Shown in pieces: positions 1 to 12,953 of a stretch of DNA of 41,240 bases (the stretch's first letter is position 1; every line of letters begins with the position of its first letter). This stretch comes from Bigelowiella natans CCMP2755 (lineage: Eukaryota; Protista; Cercozoa), in assembly GCA_000320545.1 (NCBI GenBank), contig ADNK01003135.1, positions 1-41,240 on the forward strand. Reading direction: 5' to 3'. A model generated the notes under the pieces. The model was given only the letters and a program-made list of their open reading frames with translations, did no database searches and was not told the DNA's origin. Both the position numbers and the translations under genes were made by a program.

Positions 1-8
1 TCGCCACT

Positions 9-260
9 TAACCCTAACCCTAACCCTAACCCTAACCCTAACCCTAACCCTAACCCTAACCCTAACCCTAACCCTAACCCTAACCCTAACCCTAACCCTA
101 ACCCTAACCCTAACCCTAACCCTAACCCTAACCCTAACCCTAACCCTAACCCTAACCCTAACCCTAACCCTAACCCTAACCCTAACCCTAACCCTAACCC
201 TAACCCTAACCCTAACCCTAACCCTAACCCTAACCCTAACCCTAACCCTAACCCTAACCC
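9..260 (-). repeat. Telomeric repeat array, (TAACCC)42 = (TTAGGG)n on the - strand; left chromosome end
   Basis: Perfect 6-bp tandem repeat over 252 nt at the start of the window, with the C-rich strand at the 5' end as expected for a left telomere. Confidence 0.98.
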
Positions 261-1057
261 TTGGCATCAGACCGTCTCACAATGAGTTGACATCAAGGGA
301 CATGGTTTTCGCAGCGATTTGCTTGGTGATCTCAGCGGGCTGTGCTTTCATGGTGCTTGTGCTGGGGCACCAATTAATGGAGAAAGGGAGAACGGATTAG
401 GACATCGTGGTGACTTCCCACCTCACATGGCCGCAGGACATTGGAGTCCGTCTGTGCACGATCTTGTGGATGGAGGCCGTCTTGACAGGGCCGTGGCTCC
501 ACGTCACGTTTCCTTGCTTCATGCTGTGCGGTCTTTGTGTCTCGGACGCCGAGAAAGGTGTCCTCCCTGGGACCGACAATGAACACACCCACCGCTTCGA
601 TGCCGACCGGGGCGTGTGCATGCTGGATGGTCGCAACTTTGTCGTCCAGACCCATGACCAGGCGAGCAACGTCGGCGTGCGGCGAGGCTGGCGTCCGGTC
701 AGATTGAATGGCACACCCGTCGCCATCAAAACCGACGCAGTTCGTGAACTCAGAAGAATTCACGCACTGCAGCGGCACTTTTGCGCCACATTTCAGATCA
801 GTGAGACAGCAGAAACGAAAGGTCTGAAGCTGAAGGCTGGTTCAGGCCGTGGGCTGGAGCACATTTCATTCCTCTCGTCGCATCGACTGTCGCTGCCTCG
901 TCACGGAGACCAAGACGAATGGTCACCATTGACATGCTGCGGGAGAAAGTTTGGAATCAACTTCGGAAACAGCGAGCTGACGAGGAGAATGCGCAGAGAC
1001 GAAGGTTTGGCGCCGCATTGTGATGCCGTGGACACCACGGGTTGGTGTGGTGATTGA
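260..1057 (+). pseudogene. Telomere-truncated, hypermutated relic gene: hydrophobic (TM-like) segments followed by a PDZ-like segment
   Basis: The frame of ORF 407-1057 stays open back to the telomere junction (GIRPSHNELTSRDMVFAAICLVISAGCAFMVLVLGHQ...) except for one TAG at 398-400. QASNVGVRRGWRPVRLNGTPV resembles the PDZ 'A..G..GD.I..NG..V' signature. There is no Tyr in more than 260 codons and an excess of Cys/His. Confidence 0.55.
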
Positions 1058-1338
1058 GGAGACGTTGCATGCCACATGCACGTTGCACCCGGCGTTGAAA
1101 TGTTCATGCATGGATGCATTGTCGTGTGAAAGCGAGCGATGTGCATATCTAGCAATGAAGCGGCAGCAATTTGCCATGTGCATGATCGCGAATTCATGAC
1201 AAAACTTCTCGCTTTGTGACACACATTTCATCATCCATGACAAGCAGAATCGATGAACGACAACACCGCGCATCACATTCAAATCTTCCTGTCAGATGTT
1301 CAAGACCTTTTTTTTCTAATTTTAGCTGATGGACCATC

Positions 1339-1557
1339 AGAATGAAGTCACATGTGCTGCACATGCAACTGATTGAAATGTGAATCTCAACGTGAGGCGC
1401 GTTGCAAGCTGAAACGAACACAAGCTAGACATCAAACATCGCGTAGCTCATTTCAACTGATGCACCTCAGACTAGCAGAGAATGAAGTTATGCATGCTGC
1501 ATATGCGGCTGAAACGATGAATGAAATGTGAATGTCACAATGTGGCACGTTGCACGC
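1339..1557. repeat. Diverged direct duplication, period about 140 bp
   Basis: agaatgaagtCACATGTGctgcaCAtgc (1339) vs agaatgaagtTATGCATGctgcaTAtgc (1479); both are followed by tgaaatgtgaat...cgttgca. Confidence 0.8.
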
Positions 1558-1823
1558 ACATGAGACAAAACATCGTAGCAGAATGCTGATAATGGAAACT
1601 GTATTCATTTCCTTTGGATCGAATGGACAACCAGGGAGCCCAATTTCCCATCACTTTTTGGTATTGGCATCATTCTAATTGCCACTCCATAACTATTTAA
1701 AAATAATTGTGACAGTTACAACCTAGAAATCTGCCATGCATGCATCAATCTTATGTGTTTAATTCTCTCTTCTTCCATTCGACATCGTAACGCCGAAATT
1801 TTTTATGAATCAAACAAACATTT

Positions 1824-2085
1824 TCAAAAACGACAAAACATTATATGCCTGTACATATAAAACAATATAAAACAATACCAGATACCTGACAGGCTCTGGA
1901 TTATTGCGTCCCATCACATATCGCACAGCGGGTTGGAAACATATCTGGTAGGGAAATAGTTCTTTGGATATATCTTTCTACATTGGAAACCAAGATTTCT
2001 CCAGCATATCTCTCTATCTCGTTCTTCCTCTCTCTGTCCTCACTTTTACACTCTCCCTGTTTCAGTGACTTCGATTTCCTTTATC

Positions 2086-2120
<35 letters not shown>

Positions 2121-2895
2121 TACATAATATGTATATTTGAATTCAAACCTTTATCATCGCGTTTCTGTACATCATTTGGCAGCCGTATTCCCATCCCTAA
2201 AAAGCGTTAGGATTGGTTGGTTAACAACAACATCTCCGTCCAACTTAAACACTATTAATATGCACCACATACTCCCGCACAAAATATACATTCAAAATAT
2301 ATTTCTTTGGTGAATGATTCCTTTATGTAAATTTATTTAATAATAGAATAGCATAAATACATTATAAATTATCGATGATGTTTCCGTGCTCATTCTAAAG
2401 TTTTATTTATAAACGGGGGAGATAAAATCGCAACTGATTTTAGAAAAACATGCAAAGATGTATTTAATTGGCTGATTCCAATCGTTTCTTATTCTTGTCT
2501 GATGCATGCATCATTTTAGCATAAACACATGTATCATTTGGCAATTGGATGATGATTAAATGACAACAAACTTCTCCCCCTCCCCTAATGTATTTTGATT
2601 TATCACCACCTATCACCACCTACCTTGTGTGAATCTGTCCAACGCGGAGACGCGAAAAGTTTTAACCTGTGATTTGTAATAATACATATGAATAATAGCT
2701 ATAATGAATAGGATGTGATGCATAGTCGTTGGACATGACGAAGATTACGATGAAGGCACAATCAACGACAGTTTCTGCTGCAATAGAAACTAGATAATGA
2801 TTATGAGTAGAGTACTTAAGGAAAATGAAAACAATTAGTTAATAATAATGGTGATTTTTCACGGAATTGCATCATCAATCAGAGAAAGAGAGAGA

Positions 2896-2940
<45 letters not shown>

Positions 2941-3744
2941 TGAAAATGTATTATTACGTAAGACATGCATAGTGTATGCGATATAAATTACATTGATGTC
3001 CGAGTATGTGTGTGTGTGTGTGTGTTTGTGGAGTGTTAAGCAGCATTTAGTTTCGATAATAGGAATTATAAAATGCATTAAGCAGCATTTAGTTTCAATG
3101 ATAGAAATTATAAAATGCAACATTGTCCGTATTAGTTTCAATGATAGGAATCACAAAATGCAACATTGTCGGTATTTATCATTCAATTGTGGTAATGATT
3201 AGAATGGACAGCATGTTTTCAAATACTACGTTCTTGAAGCTAGATGATCTTGTGAAGAAGGAGCTGCCCTGGAGAACAAATTTGCTACAGCAACACAAAC
3301 ATTGTACATTCAATTGTAATGACGATCGATAATGATAGCATTTCTAAAGTCAAAACAAAAAATGTAATTTATTGCTATTCTTTTACTGCTACAACTATCA
3401 GCTATAATTCCTACTTACTATTATTACTGCTACTACTACTACTACTACTACTACTTATTGTGTGGCGTTTCTTTGTCTCTTGTAGTAGGGGAATTGTTGG
3501 CTTAGTCTTCTTCATTGATACATCTCTTTCTTCTTCTTCTTCTTCTTCTTCTTCGTCTTTGGCAAGAGCAGTATGATCAGGATTTATGGAACAATCCCCA
3601 AATAGCACATATTTTCTACTATTATTATTGTTATTCTTGTTATCATCGTTATGATGATTATCATTATCATTAGCGCTGTCTGTAGCTGTTGTTAAATTTG
3701 AATTCTCCTTTAGATTTTTTCCTCCTCCTCCTCCTCCTACGTCT

Positions 3745-3778
<34 letters not shown>

Positions 3779-5563
3779 ATATACTGAAGGAAGAAGAAGA
3801 AGAAGAAGAAGAAGAAGAAGAAAAAACTGCTGGGGAAGACACGCAAGCCCCCCCCCCCCCACCACCACCCTCACTAGAAGCAGCATTCTGTGTGCCGCCT
3901 CTTGTTTCTCCTCCTAATAGTTGAAATGGTTGAAAAACAAAGATCAGAATGCTATTCGTCTATGATAGTAGGGCATGATGACACGTCACTCTTTTGACTT
4001 ACGCATACACAACGTTCATATGTGTCGCAATGATTATCTCCTTGTGTATCAGCAGCATTCATTGCATTGACGTCATCATGATTATTATCATTGGTGTTCT
4101 TTACTATGCAGCAGCTCGATGATAACATTATTGATACATATTTGATAACTGATCCATAATCGTTGTTGTCGTCGTTGTGTAATGTACTAATGATTTTTAT
4201 TTATTGTATTTATCTGTTTTTTGTGTGCTCGGTTGGCAGTGGAATTCATAGTTGTATGGTTGTGATGGTGATGATGGTGATGATGGTGAAAATGATCAGA
4301 GTTAATATTTATCACGTATTACTATGTCATATAATATATATTTAGAACTACTTATCTCTCTTTCTCTAACCACCTTCTTCTCTTCCCGTGCTGCTACTGC
4401 TGCTGCTGCTGGGGGTGCTGCCAAGCATAGGTGCAAGATGATTGGATAGACACCCTGCGCTCCTTGCAATCATGCTTTTCATACGTGCAGAAGCCTGTTA
4501 ATATTAACAGTGTTATTAGTAAATAAGAAACAGATAGAAAAAAAAAATGCTGCTCATTTGGATGAATGAAAGAACACCACCAAGGATACTATTGCAAGAT
4601 ATCATCATATGAATCACAATGCAATCTATATTCATCCATCTTATTACAACTTCTCCTCCTCCTTCATCTACTATTACTACTCACCTCTTCATCTGTCTCT
4701 GGTCTACACGTGAATAACACTGGTTTGCGTCGGGATTTATAACCCCTATACACATTAAACCATCAACATAATAATAACAACCAACAAATGGACTATCAAT
4801 CCATCAATATTACATGTATAACAACCAACAAATGGACTATCAATCCATCAATATTACATGCATAACAACTACCAATTGAATATAAGTTGAAAATATTTGA
4901 GATCCCCCTGCCCCCCTCTTTCTCATAATGTGCACGTGTTTGTGTATTGTATTCCATTAATGGTAGAACGTGTATGTACTTAATGATGTAAAAATTGTAC
5001 TCCGTACTTCTTTTTTCATCACCCACCGTAGTATATATGAATGTGCATGCACGAAATAGTAGAAGAAGAAGATGAATATTTATAAAGACGAAGAGGAAAA
5101 TGATCAAGAAGAAGGAGAGTATTTATATATGTAATCACGGTTACGAGAAGGAAGAGGAGGAGGAGGAGGATGTTATTATTGGCTCTTTTTTAGGAATAAT
5201 GTGGTGTTCAACAACTGCTTGCTTCTGCAGTGCTGCTGCTATTGCTACTACTGCTGCGGCAAGGTTTGGTGATGAAACATCCTTCAACCCACCTCTGCAG
5301 CAAGGTTGGGTGATGAAACATCCTTCAACCCACCTCTGTCGCCATCATACTCCTCCCATTATCATTTTAATTATCATCACCCATGCTAATGACTAATATC
5401 AACGATATTATCAAGAAAATATAATTACCATTCCAAGAGCATGCCACGAACAACGCGAGTATTCTTAGTAAACTTAAATCCATCTGTAACATCAATAATC
5501 GAATATATGTAAATTATATCTCATTCATGCTTTGTATAAAAACTATACGACAATTATATAAAT

Positions 5564-5611
<48 letters not shown>

Positions 5612-6118
5612 TATGTGTGTGTGTGTGTGTGTGTACTTTTGATATCAAGTTCTTGTGTCATTCTCTTGAATTTCTGTTGGCTTTCCTACAATAAGAAACA
5701 ACCAAGTCACAAGCACAGAACCCGACATACACACAAGAATATTAAGAAGCAATTAAGCCACAGGTACAGAACATCACATACACAAGAATAATAACTACCA
5801 AATATAAAGGAAAAAGGGAAAAAGATAATCCACATCATCATCACACTAACCAATGGCATGAAGATTTTATCATGGAAATAACACTACAATACATATGGCA
5901 TGAAGATTTGATGATAGTGAATTAACACTACAATACATGTTCTTTCCTTCCTAATCCAAGGATAAACGACAACAACTTTTTCCTCTTCTTTGAAATGATA
6001 ATGATAAAAACATCAACATATCCTAATGTACTATAAAATGATGATCGGTGGTGGTCCCCTCCTTTTGGCAAGGGAATGATGGCTGTATGGATCATGATTA
6101 GAGCTTTTCTCGGGGATT

Positions 6119-6152
<34 letters not shown>

Positions 6153-6940
6153 AAGTAGCACCTTTTCTATTCTGATATCAAAAGCCTTCCAATCAAAAAC
6201 AGAAAGAGGAATATCCTAGAGAGTAGGAAGGGGAAACAATTATTGTCTTGAACACGACAAGACAAACATGAACACTGGTAGAAATGCAAGCATACAAAGA
6301 GAAAACTAGTCGATATGGTGCGTTGGTTGGTGAGAAGTTTCAGCAGCAAGTAGAAGAATACGAATAGTATCAGTAGTGATAGGAAAGATATTAATGTTTG
6401 TCTGTGTATATGTTAATTGATAATTATGACGATGACATTGATGATGATAATTTTTCTTGTTATGATTGACTTGAGAAGACTATTCCGGAGGAGCCCTTCC
6501 TCTAAATTGGCTGCTGTCTCTTACAATGACGATGATGATGAAAAGGAAGGTGGGGCTATTACTACTACTACTTGTTTTAGTACCTCTTTCTTCCCTCCGT
6601 AAGCCTTCGTAAGCGGAGTGTTTTCACCCCCCCCCCCAAAAGAATGATGAAGCAACAATTGTTTGTATTCAGCCTTGGAAGTAGAGCCAAGAATATGAAG
6701 TACTCTTCTATCAATCCAATTCTGTGTTATTTATTATCGCAGTATGCATGTATGCGGAGTAAACGTACGTAGTGGTAGAGCATATGGTTATGATGATGCA
6801 GAAATCATTCAAGATCAACATTTACAATACAGCACCAGATTTATTGGCAGCACTCATTAATAGCTATCGTTTGGTGCATTCAGTACACAAACACACACTC
6901 TCTCTCTCTCCCTCTCTCTCTCTCTCTCACACACACACGT

Positions 6941-6979
<39 letters not shown>

Positions 6980-6982
6980 AAG

Positions 6983-7030
<48 letters not shown>

Positions 7031-7575
7031 TCAATGTTAAGTTCTTTTTATCAAAAAACGAAGACATGTAGTATCCGCATGCATCGTTTGGGTTAAAAAT
7101 TCAACAACGAACGAACGAGTGGTGTCCAGATGATGTTACAAAATGCTATAACATCGTCATGCAATCCATGTGATTTGTTATATGAATAGAAATAATGTAA
7201 GAACCAAAATCATGAGGTAGTAGTAGTAGTAGCGACACGATGAGCACCACCACTACAACCACTACCTTGGCAATTATGCCAAGAAGGCTTGGCAAAGAAC
7301 TCTTAAATATTAACGGGGTGTTGACCATCAATATCTGAAGGAAGAAGAGGGGAAAGAAGAAGAAGAAGAAGAAACAACGGAATGATTTTCTGTTAATGAG
7401 TAATTACTACTCAATAGATTCGAAAGATAACCCTTATGATAATACATAACTCCTATACCAAAATAGGTACTAGTAATCATTACCACTATCTAATTCTAAT
7501 AACTCTCTCTCCCTCTCTCTCTCTCTCTCTCTCACTCTCTCTTTCTTTCTCCTGTATCATTATTATTCCAACACT

Positions 7576-7616
<41 letters not shown>

Positions 7617-8263
7617 ATTTTTTCTAATAACCGACTTTATGATATAGCACAGGATAGTAGTTTGCATCTATATCCACTGAGTAGTAGTTTGTTAGTTAGT
7701 AATAACACACAAAATTATTAATAAATTACAATAAATATTTTGAATAAGTAAATACTAATATTCATTGTGAAAATAATCCACAAGGGGTGTTTTGGGGCAT
7801 TTATGATCACCATCATAGTCATAATAGATGTCGTGTTAGCACCATTACTTGTCATAATAATTATGATATGTTATTCATTACTTGCCTACCGAATATAGAA
7901 TAGAAACACACAATGTGTTACTACTACTTCTACTACTACTTATCGTATATGATCATCATGCTGGAACTGTTCGCTACTACCAGTAGCTTTGAACCAATTG
8001 GCAAATTCTTTCACGGAAAAAGGATTTATCCCCTTCAAATCGAAGATTTGTATTATCTGTTGATCATGCATATAAAAAGAGTATGTTTGTTGTATTATAT
8101 GTTGATCATACATAAAATAGTAGCAGCAGCAGCGGGGGGAGGAGGACGGGAAAAGAAGAGCAAGGAAGGTTGTAATATAATGTATATTATATACAGACTT
8201 CCAGTCATAGATTGCATTAAGAGAATGAATGAAATAAACTAGCTAGTCAATATCAGAACACGA

Positions 8264-8307
<44 letters not shown>

Positions 8308-9098
8308 CCCCTCTCTCTATCATGCAGGCGCCTGATAATATCATACATAGTGCACATCATCTATTGAGGATTAATATTGTATCACTCTCGACATCATCAT
8401 CATCATCCCAGGGATGGATGGGGGGTAGTAGTAGGCGCCCCTTTCTACTTCCTCTTCCTCTCTCTCTCTCTTTCTTTCTTTCTGCTCTTGTCAACTAACT
8501 GTCCTCTACCTCATCCTGCCATTGCCCTGTATTAAGCGTTATTTCCCTAAGATTTCTTTCTTTTTCTTCAAGACGCATTACATGGTACTGAACATAATCA
8601 TATGCAGAGGAGAAGGGTAGGGGGAGAATGTTAAGAAGTAGTAGTAATGCACCGTGCTGATCTTAAATGATAGTAGTCTCATATTAGCAGTATCAGTAGT
8701 AGTATTTTGTACTTATCTTTAAGAAGTTGTAGTAGTTGTAGTTGTAGTACAGCAGATAGTAGAATATCGTACTAGTATTATCCCTGCTTTTTCTACAACT
8801 ACTATTAATAACCCAAAATAATAATGATAATGATAATAATAGTAATACACACTTACACCAAAAATTACATTGCATGGGTAAACGAATCAAGTACGAAAAT
8901 AACCACCTGTCTTATATGTTCCACAGATAATCGTTTATTGGCTTGAGAGTAGTTTTGTTCTCTCACACGGATAAGGTAGAATGGCAATCCACTCTTATCA
9001 CTTGTTCCGAGATAATGCTATTATTGGGGAAGAAGGAAAAAAAAAAAGACGCATGAACATCACACCATGCATCACACACACACAGCAGTTAACAAGTC

Positions 9099-9133
<35 letters not shown>

Positions 9134-10178
9134 CGGCGCATGATAATCTCAGAGTAGTAGTAGTAGTAGTAGTAGTATTGGTAGTTGGTCGAATGATTGA
9201 TACCCACTTCTTACTTACTTACTTACTTACTTACTTACTACTCTCAGTGGACGAGCCACTTTCCCTCATTAATAATAATAATAACCCTATCATCAAATTA
9301 GTAGCGGCACGAGTACTACAATACATATTCTCTACAACTACTACTACCGCTACTACCACTACTACGTCTGCGTATTAGTACCTCAGGATATATAGCATCC
9401 CCTACTACAACTACGTAATAGTACCTCAGGATATATAGCATCCCCTAGTTCCTTTATGTAGGGTGCAGGGACATTAAAGAGCTCTTCCACAAAGCTTTCT
9501 CTCCTCCATCTTACTGTTTCTACGTACATCTTTGCAGCTGCAGCATGTCAGTAGTAGTGGTAGCAGTAGCAGTAATTGTTAGTCAAGGAGGCACAAAAAC
9601 ACAAGAAGAATGGTAACTACTAATGTAAAAAACCCGAAGATGGATTGCAGGACCACAAACAAAAGCAGCTTAGGAGACTACTCAGACGATGTGTAAATAA
9701 GACTCTATTATTATTATCATTATCCACCACATAACCTTCTTCCACATTCAGACTAGCTGCTTTGAGGAAACGCCAGAGCATGTGGCCGTCGTCTCTGTAT
9801 ACCTTTATCGACTCCGTGTGTACTTCTACTAATTTCTGTACAAAAGAAGCACAGGTGTATATTGAAAACAAGTACAACAACAACATGTCGTTGGATAGTT
9901 TGCTAGAGTTGTGATAACAACAAGTGAGCACTTCCAGTCTTCTTCTCAATCTCAAAATCTCATGCGTGTATCCAATCTAAAAAGGATTCTCCCTCTTCTT
10001 CTTGTTCCCCCACCTCCTCCTCCTTATCATTATTATTTTTTAATTACTATTTCCATTGTTGTTATTGTTGTACCTCTTTCAACTCTAATATTAGTTTAAG
10101 CTCCTTGTCAGTTAGTGACTCGATGGGATACTCATCGGGTTTCAGGAGAATGAGATCTTTGTTTGATTGACTTAACAT
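1824..10178 (-). CDS. CRAL-TRIO (Sec14-like) lipid-binding protein with a low-complexity insert and a possible C-terminal GOLD-like region; about 20 exons
   Basis: Manual GT-AG splicing gives one continuous frame: MLSQSNKDL...DDGHMLWRFLKAASLNVEEAAKMYVETVRWRRE (CRAL_TRIO_N)...GTSDKSGLPFYLIR...IIQIFDLKG...DANYYPVLYHKILMVNTPLIF...LHILG...KAYGGKKE, all typical Sec14 motifs. The 3' exons, down to TGA at 1824-1826, are less certain. Confidence 0.85.
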
Positions 10179-10249
10179 GTTGTTTCTGCTCTCAGTTCGT
10201 TGACCTACAAAGGCAGCAGTGAACACGATCCGAATGCGGGCAACCAAAA

Positions 10250-10700
10250 ATGCAATGTGAAGTCACTATGTCATGATGACCGTCCCCTCCTCCTACATGT
10301 AGTAGATGTAATAACAATTGTCATTGTAGCATTGATGCTGAATTCTGGGAGCAGGTATTGTTGATGTTATTTAATGCTGAATGTCACGTACTATGGAAAT
10401 CGCAAACTATTCAGAATTCAGCCTATTTTAAATTAGAAATTCTCGAAATTTCAAGTCGTTTACTAGAATATTTGGATGGTTTGCTCGTGACAATATTTTC
10501 AAATTATTTTATCTTCAGCAGAAAGCGGCACAGATTTTCATAGTTTATGTGAAATATTTGTAAGGCTAATGTCTTAAAAAAAGAGCAGTTCGTTGCCTCA
10601 ACGTCTTCCCACACCTCACCCTTCAAAAGTCTAGGAGGAAGAAGAAGAAGAAGAATAAAGGTGGTGGTGGTGGTATAGAGTGGAACAGAAAAATAAGTAG
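10250..10700. promoter_or_regulatory. Probable short divergent promoter region between the CRAL-TRIO gene (-) and the SINA-like gene (+)
   Basis: Positional inference: lies between two head-to-head genes and is largely microsatellite-free from 10300 to 10560. No specific motif identified. Confidence 0.35.
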
Positions 10701-10749
10701 AAGGACATGGAGAAGAAGGAAGAGAGGGAAAGATGATGACGAAGACGAA

Positions 10750-12188
10750 ATGATAGTGATGGCAGCATTATGGCCTGTTCCGAGCCAAATAAGTCATCGA
10801 AGGGATTCCCATTTTGACGAAGACTGCCGATTAAAGCTCAATTTTCTTTCTCAAATAATATAGGGCCCGAGCTACAATACAACGTTGCCGTTGGAGGTGA
10901 TCCAAGCATTACAAATCATCAATGGACAGAGAAGAACGGTAAATAGCTATCTTCTTTTTCCTCTTGTATGTAGCAGCACCCGTTGGTTTCCATGGCTGCT
11001 GCTGTACCAACAGAATCTTTAACAATTCAGGGGCTGGTTAGGGTGGGCCTCAGAGTCTGCTTCATCTTTTGCCTCAAGACTAGGTGCTGCTGCTGCCGAT
11101 CACACTTGATGCGAAAACAGTTGCATCATCTCCAACAAGCGAGGGGGGAGGGAATCCGCAAGGGGGAAACAGAAACGGAGAGGAGGGTATCCATGCTTCT
11201 GAACAAGAATGAAATAAAAATGGTGATGGAGTAGGTATCTTGAAACAAGATGATGGAGACCGACAGGAAGTTGTTCGGGAAGCTAACGAACAAGGGCATC
11301 TTCGCCCGTATAATAATAGTAATGGTACACATCGATTTATTACACATCTTTGCCCGTATAATAATAGTAATGGTACACATCGATTTACACAATATCTTTG
11401 CCGTAGGAGTGATAAATTGCAAAATGTGGTTATTGTATGTCGTGAGTCAATACCTAGCAAAGCAGCAGCAGCAGCAGCATTCCGAAATGACGACACCATT
11501 GGTTCTTTCTCATCAATTGTTGTTAAAAAAGGACCACAAACACCACGACAGCGACAACCACCACCACTACCACCATGTACCCTGTCATCCTTAATATCCA
11601 ATATTACTACTTCTTTTCACCACAGCTGCAAACTCAAAGAGGACCACAACTTGGAGGAGGGGAAGAACAACCTACAGAAGTAGTAGTAATTCTTCTTCTT
11701 CGACATACTACCGCAGCAGTAGTAAGAACATTGCCCAGCAAACTTTTGAGGTAGTAGTAGTAAATGTAGCAGCAGGAGGAGGAGGAGGAGGAATGCACTG
11801 ATAGAAGATTATTCAATAACATATGTCCAACAAGTCATCATCAGCATCCTCCTCCTCCTCATCATCATCACCATTTTGCATATTAAATGTAGCGAAGGTA
11901 GGTATTATTGGTTAAGCAACCTGCTATTAGGAAAAGGAATATCCTTGCTTGTTCTCGTAACAAGATAATTATTGTTTTCTAAGGGGAAAAGGACCAAATT
12001 AAGGAGCGAGAGTAATCCAGCGGGAAATAAACATGGCGATACCGTCGAAGGTAATGATAAAATAGTGTTGGTAGCAGTAGTGCTACTTACTAATAATGAA
12101 AATATCAATTTAAATAGAAGTGATAAGAGGAATAAGTAGAGAATTGCGGCAAAGCAAGTGTGATGGCGGAATATAATAAATTAAAATG

Positions 12189-12228
<40 letters not shown>

Positions 12229-12922
12229 TATATATATATATTGTGTTGTTGATTCCTTGATATTCATTTCCATTATAACGTGTTCGTCTTCTTTTCCTTA
12301 TTATTATTAGTATTATTATTATTACCTCACAACAACAATTGGATTTAATGACTACATGGAGTAGTCTATAATGCAAATAATAAATTATGTAAATGGTACA
12401 GTTTACACTTATTATCTGATCATAAATGATTATCTATATAACTAGGCTATGCAAGAGCAGCTGCTGCTGCTGGTGGTGATATTACCACTACTACTGCAGC
12501 AGCACTTGCTTCACCATCATCATCATCGTCATCATCATCAACTCCTAAGGAAACATCCAAGAAAAAGGTCATAATGATGATGATGATGATGATGATGATG
12601 ATGTCGCATTATTATTAATTACTATCTCGAGATTTAGACGTTGTGTTATTACATTCGTAATTATTGTGTTTGCATCATATTGAATTATACTTTGTGTTAT
12701 TGTATTCGTAGTTATTATATTGTGTTTGCATCATATTGAATGAGACGCTGTTTTATTATTACATTTGTAATTGTTATATTGTGTTTGCATTATATTGAAG
12801 TACCCACAATCACATAATCACTAAAGAGCACTACATTCTTCCTCTTAGCCCCCTCTTTGTTTCAATGATCTTATTTCTCTAATCTTCAGGCGCAAATGGG
12901 AGGATATGGACCAATGCCCACT

Positions 12923-12953
<31 letters not shown>

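Noticed and set aside
1-8. Non-telomeric bases tcgccact before the telomere array
   Set aside because: Too short to interpret; most likely read-end or adapter noise.
319-1421. Multiple overlapping ORFs on both strands as real genes
   Set aside because: Loss of TpA removes TAA/TAG stops in all six frames, so long Cys/His-rich ORFs arise automatically. Only the 407-1057 frame looks protein-like.
261-1600. CpG-methylation decay as the cause of the TG/CA excess
   Set aside because: CpG is abundant in these patches and the missing dinucleotide is TpA; Tyr, not Arg, is lost from the ORF.
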